Origin: a virus
Taxonomy: Duplodnaviria; Caudoviricetes
Length of the DNA stretch: 42,051 nt
Reading direction: 5' to 3' (one strand)
IMG/VR virus record: IMGVR_UViG_3300044723_004068
Coordinates: 1-42,051 of that record
Within the stretch, counting starts at the first letter, position 1; every line of letters begins with the position of its first letter. The notes beneath the pieces are model-generated. The model did not search any database. It saw nothing but the letters and a program-made list of their open reading frames with translations, and was not told the origin of the DNA. A program made the translations under genes and the position numbers. Shown here in pieces: positions 1 to 8,037 of this stretch.

Positions 1-1
1 T

Positions 2-796
2 CCAACAGGTGTTGGTAAGACTGAACTTGCTAAACAACTTGCAAAGAATCTAAGTATACACCTTGCACGTTTTGATATGAGTGAATATCAAGAGAAGCAT
101 AGTGTAAGTAAGTTAATTGGTTCTCCTCCAGGCTATGTCGGACACGACGAGCATTCAGGACAGTTGATTAACCAATTACAAGAACATCCTAACTGTGTTC
201 TATTGCTTGACGAGATTGAAAAAGCACACCCAGACATTTCGCAGATCCTATTACAAATTATGGACAACGGTAAGATTACTGGAAGTGATGGTAAAGAAGC
301 AGATGCACGTAATTGTATCTTAATCCTTACTACTAACTTAGGTGCAGAACAGGCAGAGAAAAACACTATTGGATTTAGTCAAGCACTTGACGGTGATTAT
401 GGTGATGAAGAATTCAAACGCTTCTTTGCTCCAGAGTTTAGAAATAGACTTGACGGTGTAGTTACATTTGGTAAACTAGAAAAACCTATTATGTTAAAAA
501 TTGTTGGTAAGTTCTTGCTTGAACTTAAAACAATGCTTGATGATAAAAATGTTGTTTGTCAAATTAGTGACGATGCACTTGATCATCTTGTAGAAAACGG
601 GTTTGATAGTAAAATGGGTGCAAGACCTATGCACAGATATATTGATAAAGAAATTAAACGCCCACTTAGTAAGATGCTTTTATTTGGTGATCTCAAAGAT
701 GGTGGTATTTTAAAAATTGATGTTGCTGATAATAAATTGCATCTAGAACCTATCAAAGAAAAGGTAAAAGATGTTACAGAAGCTGTACACAACTAA
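2..796 (+). CDS. clpA: ClpA/ClpC-type Clp protease ATP-binding subunit, C-terminal AAA+ module (5' truncated by window edge)
   Basis: Frame is open from nt 2 (PTGVGKTELAK = Walker A), followed by RFDMSEYQEKHSVSKLIGSPPGYVG, Walker B LLLDEIEKAHPD, PEFRNRLD and GARP. The IGF ClpP-docking loop (KNTIGFSQ) is present. Confidence 0.9.
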   Translation, partial: PTGVGKTELAKQLAKNLSIHLARFDMSEYQEKHSVSKLIGSPPGYVGHDEHSGQLINQLQEHPNCVLLLDEIEKAHPDISQILLQIMDNGKITGSDGKEADARNCILILTTNLGAEQAEKNTIGFSQALDGDYGDEEFKRFFAPEFRNRLDGVVTFGKLEKPIMLKIVGKFLLELKTMLDDKNVVCQISDDALDHLVENGFDSKMGARPMHRYIDKEIKRPLSKMLLFGDLKDGGILKIDVADNKLHLEPIKEKVKDVTEAVHN

Positions 797-1460
797 GTTA
801 TTCTATAACAAGTATCTATACAAACTTCGCGTAAAGAGTACTGTTGCATCATTGTTCCGTGGACTTAATTTAGGATATGTTAAATCTAAATTAGATGCTA
901 TGCAAAGTGATGCTGAAGCTGAATTACCTATACAAAGTCCGTTTAATCATGCATTTATGCGTCGAAAAGAAAAGACTGTAAGTTTAGAAACGTTTATGGA
1001 TGCTTGTATTTTATATAATGCATTAGAAAAAAACAAAAGACATGCTATGGTACGTTGTGAAGGTTACACTTTAGATATCTATTCAAACGAACCTGAATGG
1101 TTAGAAACATTACAAACACAAGTAAATGCTACACAGTGGTATGCTCCAGAAGATGATAGTATATTTGATTACCTTTTACAAAACGCAAATACACAAGTAA
1201 TTGATGGTGATGTTGTATGGGAATATAAAGCATTACTAGGTAAAAAAGTTGATCCTAATTTTGCAGACTACTGTGAGAACAATCCAGACGGATTTAAAAT
1301 AGGACATATTGCAAAACGAGTTGTACGTAACAACCATTTTGCTGAAGGATTTTATTTTTATGCTAAAAATGAACGTTACCTTATGTTGGCAAAGATAGCA
1401 TTAGGAGGGCAAATCAGGCGTGTAATAAAATATGTTTCACGTAACGATTTGCATAAATAG
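771..1460 (+). CDS. hypothetical phage protein
   Basis: 229-aa ORF overlapping the clpA end; no motif recognised. Confidence 0.7.
   Translation: MLQKLYTTKLFYNKYLYKLRVKSTVASLFRGLNLGYVKSKLDAMQSDAEAELPIQSPFNHAFMRRKEKTVSLETFMDACILYNALEKNKRHAMVRCEGYTLDIYSNEPEWLETLQTQVNATQWYAPEDDSIFDYLLQNANTQVIDGDVVWEYKALLGKKVDPNFADYCENNPDGFKIGHIAKRVVRNNHFAEGFYFYAKNERYLMLAKIALGGQIRRVIKYVSRNDLHK
1454..1459 (+). promoter_or_regulatory. T4-type late promoter core (TAAATA), 5 nt upstream of ATG 1465
   Basis: CATAAATAgtattATG; resembles the T4 gp55 late promoter TATAAATA; no Shine-Dalgarno. Confidence 0.55.
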
Positions 1461-1464
1461 TATT

Positions 1465-1806
1465 ATGCCAAGCACAAGCGAAATAATTTTATCAGCAAAC
1501 ACACATCCAGGGGATAGTACGACTGAAACTGTAACCGGAAGTAACTTTAAGGGTGACGGATATTATGGAAGATCAGATGGTGTTCATACTGTACAGTATG
1601 ATTACACAGGTCTTACAGGAACAATCACTATACAAGCAACACTAGCCACTACACCAGCAGACGCTGACTGGTTTGACGTAGATACTGTAACAGTTGCTAA
1701 TCAAACAGAAGTCAAATATGTAAACTTTACAGGTAACTTTGTTTATATTAGAGCAAAACTAGTATACACAGATGGTACTGTAAACAGTATTAGACTTAAT
1801 CACTAG
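1465..1806 (+). CDS. hypothetical beta-rich protein, probably virion-associated
   Basis: Likely start MPSTSEII at 1465, directly after TAAATA; Thr/Gly/Val-rich beta-strand pattern. Confidence 0.65.
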   Translation: MPSTSEIILSANTHPGDSTTETVTGSNFKGDGYYGRSDGVHTVQYDYTGLTGTITIQATLATTPADADWFDVDTVTVANQTEVKYVNFTGNFVYIRAKLVYTDGTVNSIRLNH

Positions 1807-1814
1807 GAAGTAAT

Positions 1815-2081
1815 ATGGAAAATTTTATTAACATTATTTTTGATAACAAAGAAGAAGTAGACGATATTGTAGTATCAGAAGTTGCTACTATGGCTTCTCC
1901 TGCATTACTTGAAAGCGAAACAAACTACACACTAGGCGAAAATGACAACGGTCAAACTATGCTTACTGTAGAAACACACGCTCCCCTAGACGAAGAAGAG
2001 TCAGATTTAATTGCAGAAGATGTAGCAAACAAGTTATTTGATTTAGGATACAATAACTTTGATATTGAGGTAAGTGTATAA
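1815..2081 (+). CDS. hypothetical acidic protein
   Basis: SD AGGAAG upstream; 88 aa, very acidic. Confidence 0.65.
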   Translation: MENFINIIFDNKEEVDDIVVSEVATMASPALLESETNYTLGENDNGQTMLTVETHAPLDEEESDLIAEDVANKLFDLGYNNFDIEVSV

Positions 2082-3640
2082 TGCGTTACGGTCAATTTAA
2101 GTTAAACGAAGATGAAATAAAAGCTCTAAGACCTGTTGTAGGTAAACAAAAAGATGCAGAAGATTATGTTGAAATTATTCAAGACAGATCAGACGAAGCA
2201 CCACAAGACGTTCAGAAAAATATTCTAAATGGCCTTGAACAAATTAATAATTATTTAAAACAAAAAATACAACAAAAAACTAAGGCTCCTGTAGATGAAC
2301 CTACCCAAGAAGGTTTAGAATCAGCTATTGAAGAAAAAGCAAATAACACTGAATATCTAATGCAGATAGCTGAACAAAATGGAATTGATGCATCAAAAGA
2401 TCCTAAAATATTAGCTGTCCTGAAAGCAATATCTAAAGATCTTATGAAGCAAGGTGCTCAAGTAGGACACGAATCACTTCTAGAAATTAAAAAAGATATT
2501 GAAAAAACATATGTACCTTTATCAATTAAAATTACTCAAGGCGGAGTAGGATTTGCTCCTAAAGTTGAGTTACCTGATAACGAAGATGCAGATGGTTATG
2601 CAGAAGCATTAGCCTATGCACAAGAGATGCAAGCAAAACAAAACACGTTAACTAAGACTGGCGAATTAGTAAAAAGTTCTATAGCTGATATGGTTAATGC
2701 AGTTATGGAAAAGGCAGGTAGAGAAGAAAAAATTGAAGATGCAGAACGTGAATTAACTCGTATTAAAGAATTCTTAAACCTGTGTGTATCTGAACCGTTT
2801 ATTAATTTTGACACACTGATTGAAAAATCAAAAGGTACTGTTAAACAAGAATTTGAAAGTAGTCCCAAAGGAAAACAGTATGCAGATGTTTACGAAAACT
2901 TTGGAAACATATTAGGAAGAACAATTGATAAATCAGGTGCTGGTGCATGGGGTCCTGGAGAGCTAGGCCTATTAATGTTGTCTGATCCTGTTAAAAAAGG
3001 CTCCAAAGGAGATATTGAGACAGGTTCCGGAAAACAAGTAGAAGTTAAAGCAAGTAAAAAAGCCAATGCTGGTGCAAGATTAAATGTTGAGCAGGCAATT
3101 AAAGGAAATTTAGTTCCTCAATATAATCCGATTTTACAAAAATACTTTGGAAAGACTACAACCGTTGATGGCGAAAAAGTTAAAGTAGATCACCAAATGG
3201 AACAAGGACAACTTAATTTTACTGCTAGAGGATTTAATATTTTAAATGACATGACTCAACAAGTACCTAATTGGAATAAGCAACAAGCTATACAATTCTT
3301 AATAGATGCGGTTAATATACCAATGAAGTCTTATTCATCTGATAAAAACTATGTAAAAAATTTAGCAAACAGTATGTCTAGTGCTGTTGACGATGCTGGG
3401 CGTTTTAATTTCCAAGGGTTTCAACGTGCTTTTACTAAACTCTTGTTTGCAATTTATAAGTCAGAAATGTTAGACTGTATATTGATAGTAAATCCAATAT
3501 TAGGAACCTTCCTTGTAATGAATGACCCTAAGGATGTTGATTCTACTGTAGAAGCAGGAATGGTAATTTCAGGCGGTATTGACTTTAAAGATAAACAGTC
3601 TACTAAATCCCCACAAATTGGTGTTGGTAAGTTAAACTAA
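2081..3640 (+). CDS. putative internal head protein with C-terminal PD-(D/E)xK nuclease-like domain
   Basis: N-terminus MRYGQFKLNE resembles a capsid-targeting leader; GPGELGLLML...KGDI...QVEVKAS fits the E...D...ExK restriction-like motif. Confidence 0.5.
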   Translation: MRYGQFKLNEDEIKALRPVVGKQKDAEDYVEIIQDRSDEAPQDVQKNILNGLEQINNYLKQKIQQKTKAPVDEPTQEGLESAIEEKANNTEYLMQIAEQNGIDASKDPKILAVLKAISKDLMKQGAQVGHESLLEIKKDIEKTYVPLSIKITQGGVGFAPKVELPDNEDADGYAEALAYAQEMQAKQNTLTKTGELVKSSIADMVNAVMEKAGREEKIEDAERELTRIKEFLNLCVSEPFINFDTLIEKSKGTVKQEFESSPKGKQYADVYENFGNILGRTIDKSGAGAWGPGELGLLMLSDPVKKGSKGDIETGSGKQVEVKASKKANAGARLNVEQAIKGNLVPQYNPILQKYFGKTTTVDGEKVKVDHQMEQGQLNFTARGFNILNDMTQQVPNWNKQQAIQFLIDAVNIPMKSYSSDKNYVKNLANSMSSAVDDAGRFNFQGFQRAFTKLLFAIYKSEMLDCILIVNPILGTFLVMNDPKDVDSTVEAGMVISGGIDFKDKQSTKSPQIGVGKLN

Positions 3641-3994
3641 AGTAAGTTCTTTTTCTCTATCTAAATATTTGTATTCAACTTTGACTGGATCCCAGCGTTC
3701 TAGTGCATCAAATACTTTATCTTTGTGTAATTCACCACATGTATATACATCTAGTTGTACAAGTGCAGGACTTGTTTCGTCCCAAACATGTATTGCTATA
3801 TGACTTGTTTCAATAATAGTAACACAAGTAAACCCTCTATTGCCTGACATTTCACAATACTTGGCATACGGACCCATCATTATTTTCATGTCTATATCTC
3901 TTATTAAATTACCCGCCCAATCGACTATGGTTTGTTCGCATTGTGGCGGATTGCTAACTTCAGCTCTAATTATCATGTGTTTATGCTTCAACAT
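3632..3994 (-). CDS. speD: pyruvoyl-dependent S-adenosylmethionine decarboxylase family proenzyme (SpeD/SpeH-like)
   Basis: KHMII near the N-terminus, IIETSHIAIHVWDE (self-cleavage Ser-His) and LDVYTCG; SD AGGAAC upstream. Confidence 0.85.
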   Translation of the reverse strand: MLKHKHMIIRAEVSNPPQCEQTIVDWAGNLIRDIDMKIMMGPYAKYCEMSGNRGFTCVTIIETSHIAIHVWDETSPALVQLDVYTCGELHKDKVFDALERWDPVKVEYKYLDREKELTLV

Positions 3995-4014
3995 AGCCGT
4001 TCCTTTTTGGTTTC

Positions 4015-4020
4015 TATTTA
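4015..4020 (-). promoter_or_regulatory. late promoter core TAAATA driving the speD-like gene
   Basis: tattta on + strand = TAAATA on - strand, about 20 nt upstream of the speD start. Confidence 0.4.
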
Positions 4021-4053
4021 GTCCACTGAACTATGAGAGGTTGACTAATATTG

Positions 4054-4060
4054 ATAAATA
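4054..4060 (+). promoter_or_regulatory. late promoter core ATAAATA
   Basis: gATAAATAc upstream of SD AGGAG and ATG 4091. Confidence 0.55.
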
Positions 4061-4090
4061 CTTTAACATGTACACACTAGGAGTTTAATT

Positions 4091-4957
4091 ATGGCCAAAA
4101 CGTTCAAAGATTATCTAAAAGAAGCTATTGTAGCTTCAAATTACCACTGTAAAGATTGTGGTTGCCAAATGCACAACTGTAAACCAGAATGTCAATGCGA
4201 ACACGATTCACACGATGAAACAGGTAGTTGGTGGGTAGACAAAAATGGTAACGGCGTACATGATATGGATGAAGAAAGTGCTGGCAATCCAGAACTTGAT
4301 AAATTATCAGAAGGTGATGATCGTATCATGTTTAAGGGCAAAGAAATAGACACAGATACTATCGAGTACGATATGCAAGATTTTAGTGACATGATTGCTC
4401 CTATTGAGTTTGCAAAATACACAGATGGTACTGAAGTTGATGATGCAGATTTAGGAGATTTAGACGAACTTCCTGCAATGATAGATTGGATTGCTCAAGA
4501 CTACACGGACAGACAAGCCGACCAAGCAGACATGTATAGAGATGCACAAAGGCACGGTGATTTTGAATCAACAGAACTTGATAGAATTAAAGAACTTGCT
4601 GGTGCAAGTATTGACGAAACATATGATGACGATGATGACTTCTACGAAGCATACGGTGAGATGTGGTGGAATGAAGATGACGATCCAATAGACGAAGCAG
4701 AGTACCAAGGACGTAAAGTTAAACTTGGTAAGCCAATGCAAGGTGATGTTAAGAAATTTAAAGTATATGTAAAAGATCCTAAAACAGGTAATGTTAAAAA
4801 AGTAAACTTTGGACACGGCGGTTCAAGTGTTAAAGGTAAAGCAATGAGCATTAAGAAGTCTAATCCTGCACGTAGAAGAAGTTTCCGTGCTAGACACAAC
4901 TGTGACAATCCGGGCCCACGTACTAAAGCACGTTACTGGTCATGTAGGAAGTGGTAA
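4091..4957 (+). CDS. modular putative internal head protein (Cys-rich module, acidic modules, basic C-terminal domain)
   Basis: Leader MAKTFKDYLKE|A closely resembles the T4 IP capsid-targeting sequence; CKDCGCQMHNCKPECQC; C-terminal EAEYQGRKVKL...VNFG...SFRARHNC...ARYWSCRKW domain. Confidence 0.7.
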   Translation: MAKTFKDYLKEAIVASNYHCKDCGCQMHNCKPECQCEHDSHDETGSWWVDKNGNGVHDMDEESAGNPELDKLSEGDDRIMFKGKEIDTDTIEYDMQDFSDMIAPIEFAKYTDGTEVDDADLGDLDELPAMIDWIAQDYTDRQADQADMYRDAQRHGDFESTELDRIKELAGASIDETYDDDDDFYEAYGEMWWNEDDDPIDEAEYQGRKVKLGKPMQGDVKKFKVYVKDPKTGNVKKVNFGHGGSSVKGKAMSIKKSNPARRRSFRARHNCDNPGPRTKARYWSCRKW

Positions 4958-4958
4958 T

Positions 4959-5303
4959 ATGTTATTAAACGAAATATTCAATAACCCAGTAAACGATTCA
5001 ATGCCTTTCAACGTTATCGATGATGTACATTATCATATGATTAACGATGAAGGTTTTTATCGCAAGCACTATATGCCGTGTATGGATAAAATGAAAAGTG
5101 AAACTAACGAAAAAATTATTCAAGGTTTAATTATGCCCTTATGTGATAAAGCATTGAATCACTATTGTATGAAATATGATCTAAATAAAACTCCTTCAGA
5201 ATTAATGACTAAAAGTGATAAATCAGATCTTGCACATAAAGTATTAGATCATGAAAGAAATCCTAAGGAAGAACTACCAGATGCTATTAAGACAACTATT
5301 TGA
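4959..5303 (+). CDS. hypothetical protein (leader MLLNEIF)
   Basis: Likely start at ATG 4959, right after the upstream stop. Confidence 0.65.
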   Translation: MLLNEIFNNPVNDSMPFNVIDDVHYHMINDEGFYRKHYMPCMDKMKSETNEKIIQGLIMPLCDKALNHYCMKYDLNKTPSELMTKSDKSDLAHKVLDHERNPKEELPDAIKTTI

Positions 5304-6276
5304 AGATAAATTAAAAACAGCCGTAATTGGTTGGGGAAGAATGAATCCTCCAACAATAGGTCACAGTGTATTAGTTGATGCTATTAATGCTAAAGCAAAA
5401 CAATACGGTGGTGATCCGATGTTGTTTTTAACTATGTCTCATTTAGATAAAGGTGCAACAAAGTCGTATCTAACACCTACAGGTAAACCAAAAAAAGTTA
5501 TTCGAACAGCAGGTATTAAAAATCCATTAGATTGGAAGACAAAATTAAGTTATGCTCAAAAGTTTTTTAAAATTCCTATCAGTACAGATCCTAGCCTAAA
5601 CACTATTATGGCTGTTATGAAAAGTTTAGAAACAAAAGGCTATGAAAAAGTAGTTCTTGTTTGCGGTTCTGATAGAGTAAAAGAATTTGAAACACAAGTA
5701 CTCCCTTACAACAACACGCCAGATCAGTCAGGAAATATTAATTTTAATATAAAAGAAGTTACTGTAGAAGAAGGTGGATTTAGAGACGAAGAAGCAGACG
5801 ATGCTAGTGGTATGAGTGCAAGTAAAATGCGTGACGCGGCCGCACAAGATGACTTTGAACGTTTTAAACAAGGTGTTCCAGATCAAAGTGTGGCACAACA
5901 AATGTTTGATGACGTTCGTGAAGGTCTAGGCTTTAATCACCAAGCAGAAGATTATAACTTAGACGAATTAAATCTATTTAAAACTACAGACAATACAAGT
6001 GTCAAAGAACAAGATCCAAATAAACTAAAAGTGTTAGACTGGATTGCTGACAGAGCAGACGGCAAAGAACACTTTTTAAGTTTTTATCGTAAAGAGGCGG
6101 CATGGAGTGGTAGATTGTTATTCATCAAACCAGAAGCGGCGGCAAAATTTAGACGCAAGGTTGAAGATAACGAAGAACACATGGATAGAATTAAACAAGC
6201 TCTAACAAACATTGAAACTACATCTAAACTATTTACGAACCTAGGTATTAAACACGACATTAGACGGGCTGAATAA
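5281..6276 (+). CDS. cytidylyltransferase/NMNAT-like HIGH nucleotidyltransferase with C-terminal extension
   Basis: GWGRMNPPTIGH (HIGH variant), VCGSDR and SASKMR (KMSKS-like); leader MLLRQLFE; start at 5281. Confidence 0.8.
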   Translation: MLLRQLFEDKLKTAVIGWGRMNPPTIGHSVLVDAINAKAKQYGGDPMLFLTMSHLDKGATKSYLTPTGKPKKVIRTAGIKNPLDWKTKLSYAQKFFKIPISTDPSLNTIMAVMKSLETKGYEKVVLVCGSDRVKEFETQVLPYNNTPDQSGNINFNIKEVTVEEGGFRDEEADDASGMSASKMRDAAAQDDFERFKQGVPDQSVAQQMFDDVREGLGFNHQAEDYNLDELNLFKTTDNTSVKEQDPNKLKVLDWIADRADGKEHFLSFYRKEAAWSGRLLFIKPEAAAKFRRKVEDNEEHMDRIKQALTNIETTSKLFTNLGIKHDIRRAE

Positions 6277-6277
6277 T

Positions 6278-6487
6278 ATGGACATCGAACGTTTAAAAGA
6301 GCTGGCAGGTGTCAACGAATATAAAGGATACACACCTTACACATTAGAAAACATTAGTAAGACTGCTAGTGAGAAACGTAAGATAGAAAGAGAAAAAAAG
6401 ATTAAACCAGGCGATAACGACTGGTTCAAACTTTGGTTTAGTTTACCACATATGACTGGTGGTGGATTTAGAGGACGTAAAAAATGA
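6278..6487 (+). CDS. small hypothetical protein
   Basis: MDIERLKELAGVNE...KIKPGDNDWFKLWFSLPHMTG. Confidence 0.7.
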   Translation: MDIERLKELAGVNEYKGYTPYTLENISKTASEKRKIEREKKIKPGDNDWFKLWFSLPHMTGGGFRGRKK

Positions 6488-8037
6488 AGTTTCATAGTTT
6501 AAAAGACATTGAAAACAAAGTTCCTAAGCCAGGTAGTTTTAAACACTTCTTGCGTATACAAGAACACGGAGGTCGTGTTGTAAAAGGTGTTAACACTACA
6601 GCAGACGTTGGTGTAGATGCTATTAAAAAGCAAGCCGCTAAGTTTGGTAACAAAGTAGACAAAGATGGACGCCCACCTACACTATCAAAAAAAGTAAAAG
6701 GCTCCAAAACCAATGTATTGTTCAATCTAGGTATGACAGAATCGGTTGACAAAGCCGATGAAAGTGTGTTATACTATGCTAAGATGGCAGAGAATTTGGG
6801 CGAATTAGCAAGTACAAGTAAAGTATACGTAGACATGGACGGTGTACTAGCAGACTTTTTCGGAGAATGGCAAAAGTTAATAGGTAAGGATTGGCGTAAG
6901 GTCAAAGACATTGAACCTGCACTACAAAAGATTAGAGACAAAGATAACTTTTGGTTAGACTTGCCATTACTACCACAAGCAAAAAACTTACTAGGTGTTA
7001 TTAAAAAAGTAAAAGGTAGTTATACTATCCTAAGTAGCCCACTACCAAACGATCCTAATTCAGAACCACACAAGCGTGAATGGATTAAAAAGAATTTAGA
7101 TTTCTTTCCACCAGAGAACGTAATCATTACACATGACAAACCTAAATATGCTGTTAACAGCGACGGTACACCTAACATATTAATCGACGACTTTGGTAAA
7201 AACATTGCTAGTTGGGAAGCGGCAGGTGGCGAAGGCTTTAAACACAAAGATCACAAGTTTGAAAGAACAGCAAAAGCAATACAACAACACATGCAAGAGC
7301 CTGTAAAAGAAGGTGCAGAAATTACTATGTGGACCAATCCCGAGTATCAAGGCGCTGATGTTGACGACAAATATTATAAAAAGCAACCAGTAAAAATCGT
7401 AGACGTATCTAAACTTACACCGTTTGAACCTGCTGACAAAATGGATCCAAAAGATAATCACGACAATATGATGCGTTTTGTTGATAAGATTAAAGCAGGT
7501 AAAAAAATTAAGCCTATTGTAATTGTGCCACACAAAGGTAAGTTACTGATAGTTGACGGACATCACAGATACTTTGCACATCTAAAAGCAGGTGTAGATA
7601 AGGTACGTGCTGTTGTTGCTGATCCAAAAGACGTAACTTGGCGCGATGATGTTCCAGAAAGTGTACAAGAACGTACTCTTACCAAAGGCGAAGAAAAGAA
7701 AAAAGAAAAAAACGTCAAGGGTATGAAAAAGAATAAAGGCGACTTTAAAAAACGTTACGGCAAGGACGCTGATGCTGTTATGTATGCAACTGCTACTAAA
7801 ATGGCAAAAGAAGCTCTTATAAGCGGACTTTATACTACTGATCAAGTATTAGACTTATTAGAAAATTTTGCAGATGGCAAGAAGAGTGGTAAAAGCAGAC
7901 CTGGTAGAGTAAAAAAGTCTGGTGCTAGTTGTAACGGTAGTGTAACTGAGCTACGTAAGAAGGCTAAGAATGCATCAGGCGAACGTGCTAAGATGTATCA
8001 TTGGTGTGCTAATATGAAGTCTGGCAAGAAGAAATGA
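6484..8037 (+). CDS. multidomain polyprotein: HAD 5'(3')-deoxyribonucleotidase-like domain + ParB/Srx-like domain + basic modules
   Basis: VYVDMDGVLADF...ILSSP...K...ILIDD (HAD motifs I-IV); KPIVIV...LLIVDGHHRY (ParB-N); modules separated by [ILV]xE sites. Confidence 0.8.
   Translation: MKFHSLKDIENKVPKPGSFKHFLRIQEHGGRVVKGVNTTADVGVDAIKKQAAKFGNKVDKDGRPPTLSKKVKGSKTNVLFNLGMTESVDKADESVLYYAKMAENLGELASTSKVYVDMDGVLADFFGEWQKLIGKDWRKVKDIEPALQKIRDKDNFWLDLPLLPQAKNLLGVIKKVKGSYTILSSPLPNDPNSEPHKREWIKKNLDFFPPENVIITHDKPKYAVNSDGTPNILIDDFGKNIASWEAAGGEGFKHKDHKFERTAKAIQQHMQEPVKEGAEITMWTNPEYQGADVDDKYYKKQPVKIVDVSKLTPFEPADKMDPKDNHDNMMRFVDKIKAGKKIKPIVIVPHKGKLLIVDGHHRYFAHLKAGVDKVRAVVADPKDVTWRDDVPESVQERTLTKGEEKKKEKNVKGMKKNKGDFKKRYGKDADAVMYATATKMAKEALISGLYTTDQVLDLLENFADGKKSGKSRPGRVKKSGASCNGSVTELRKKAKNASGERAKMYHWCANMKSGKKK
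6746..6775 (+). promoter_or_regulatory. intragenic sigma70-type promoter upstream of in-frame ATG 6784
   Basis: TTGACA (6746-51), 18-nt spacer, TATACT (6770-75) with extended -10 TG. Confidence 0.55.

Noticed and set aside
4041-4069. Possible sigma70 promoter TTGACT-17-TAACAT
   Set aside because: Weak -10 element; the overlapping ATAAATA late motif explains the region better.
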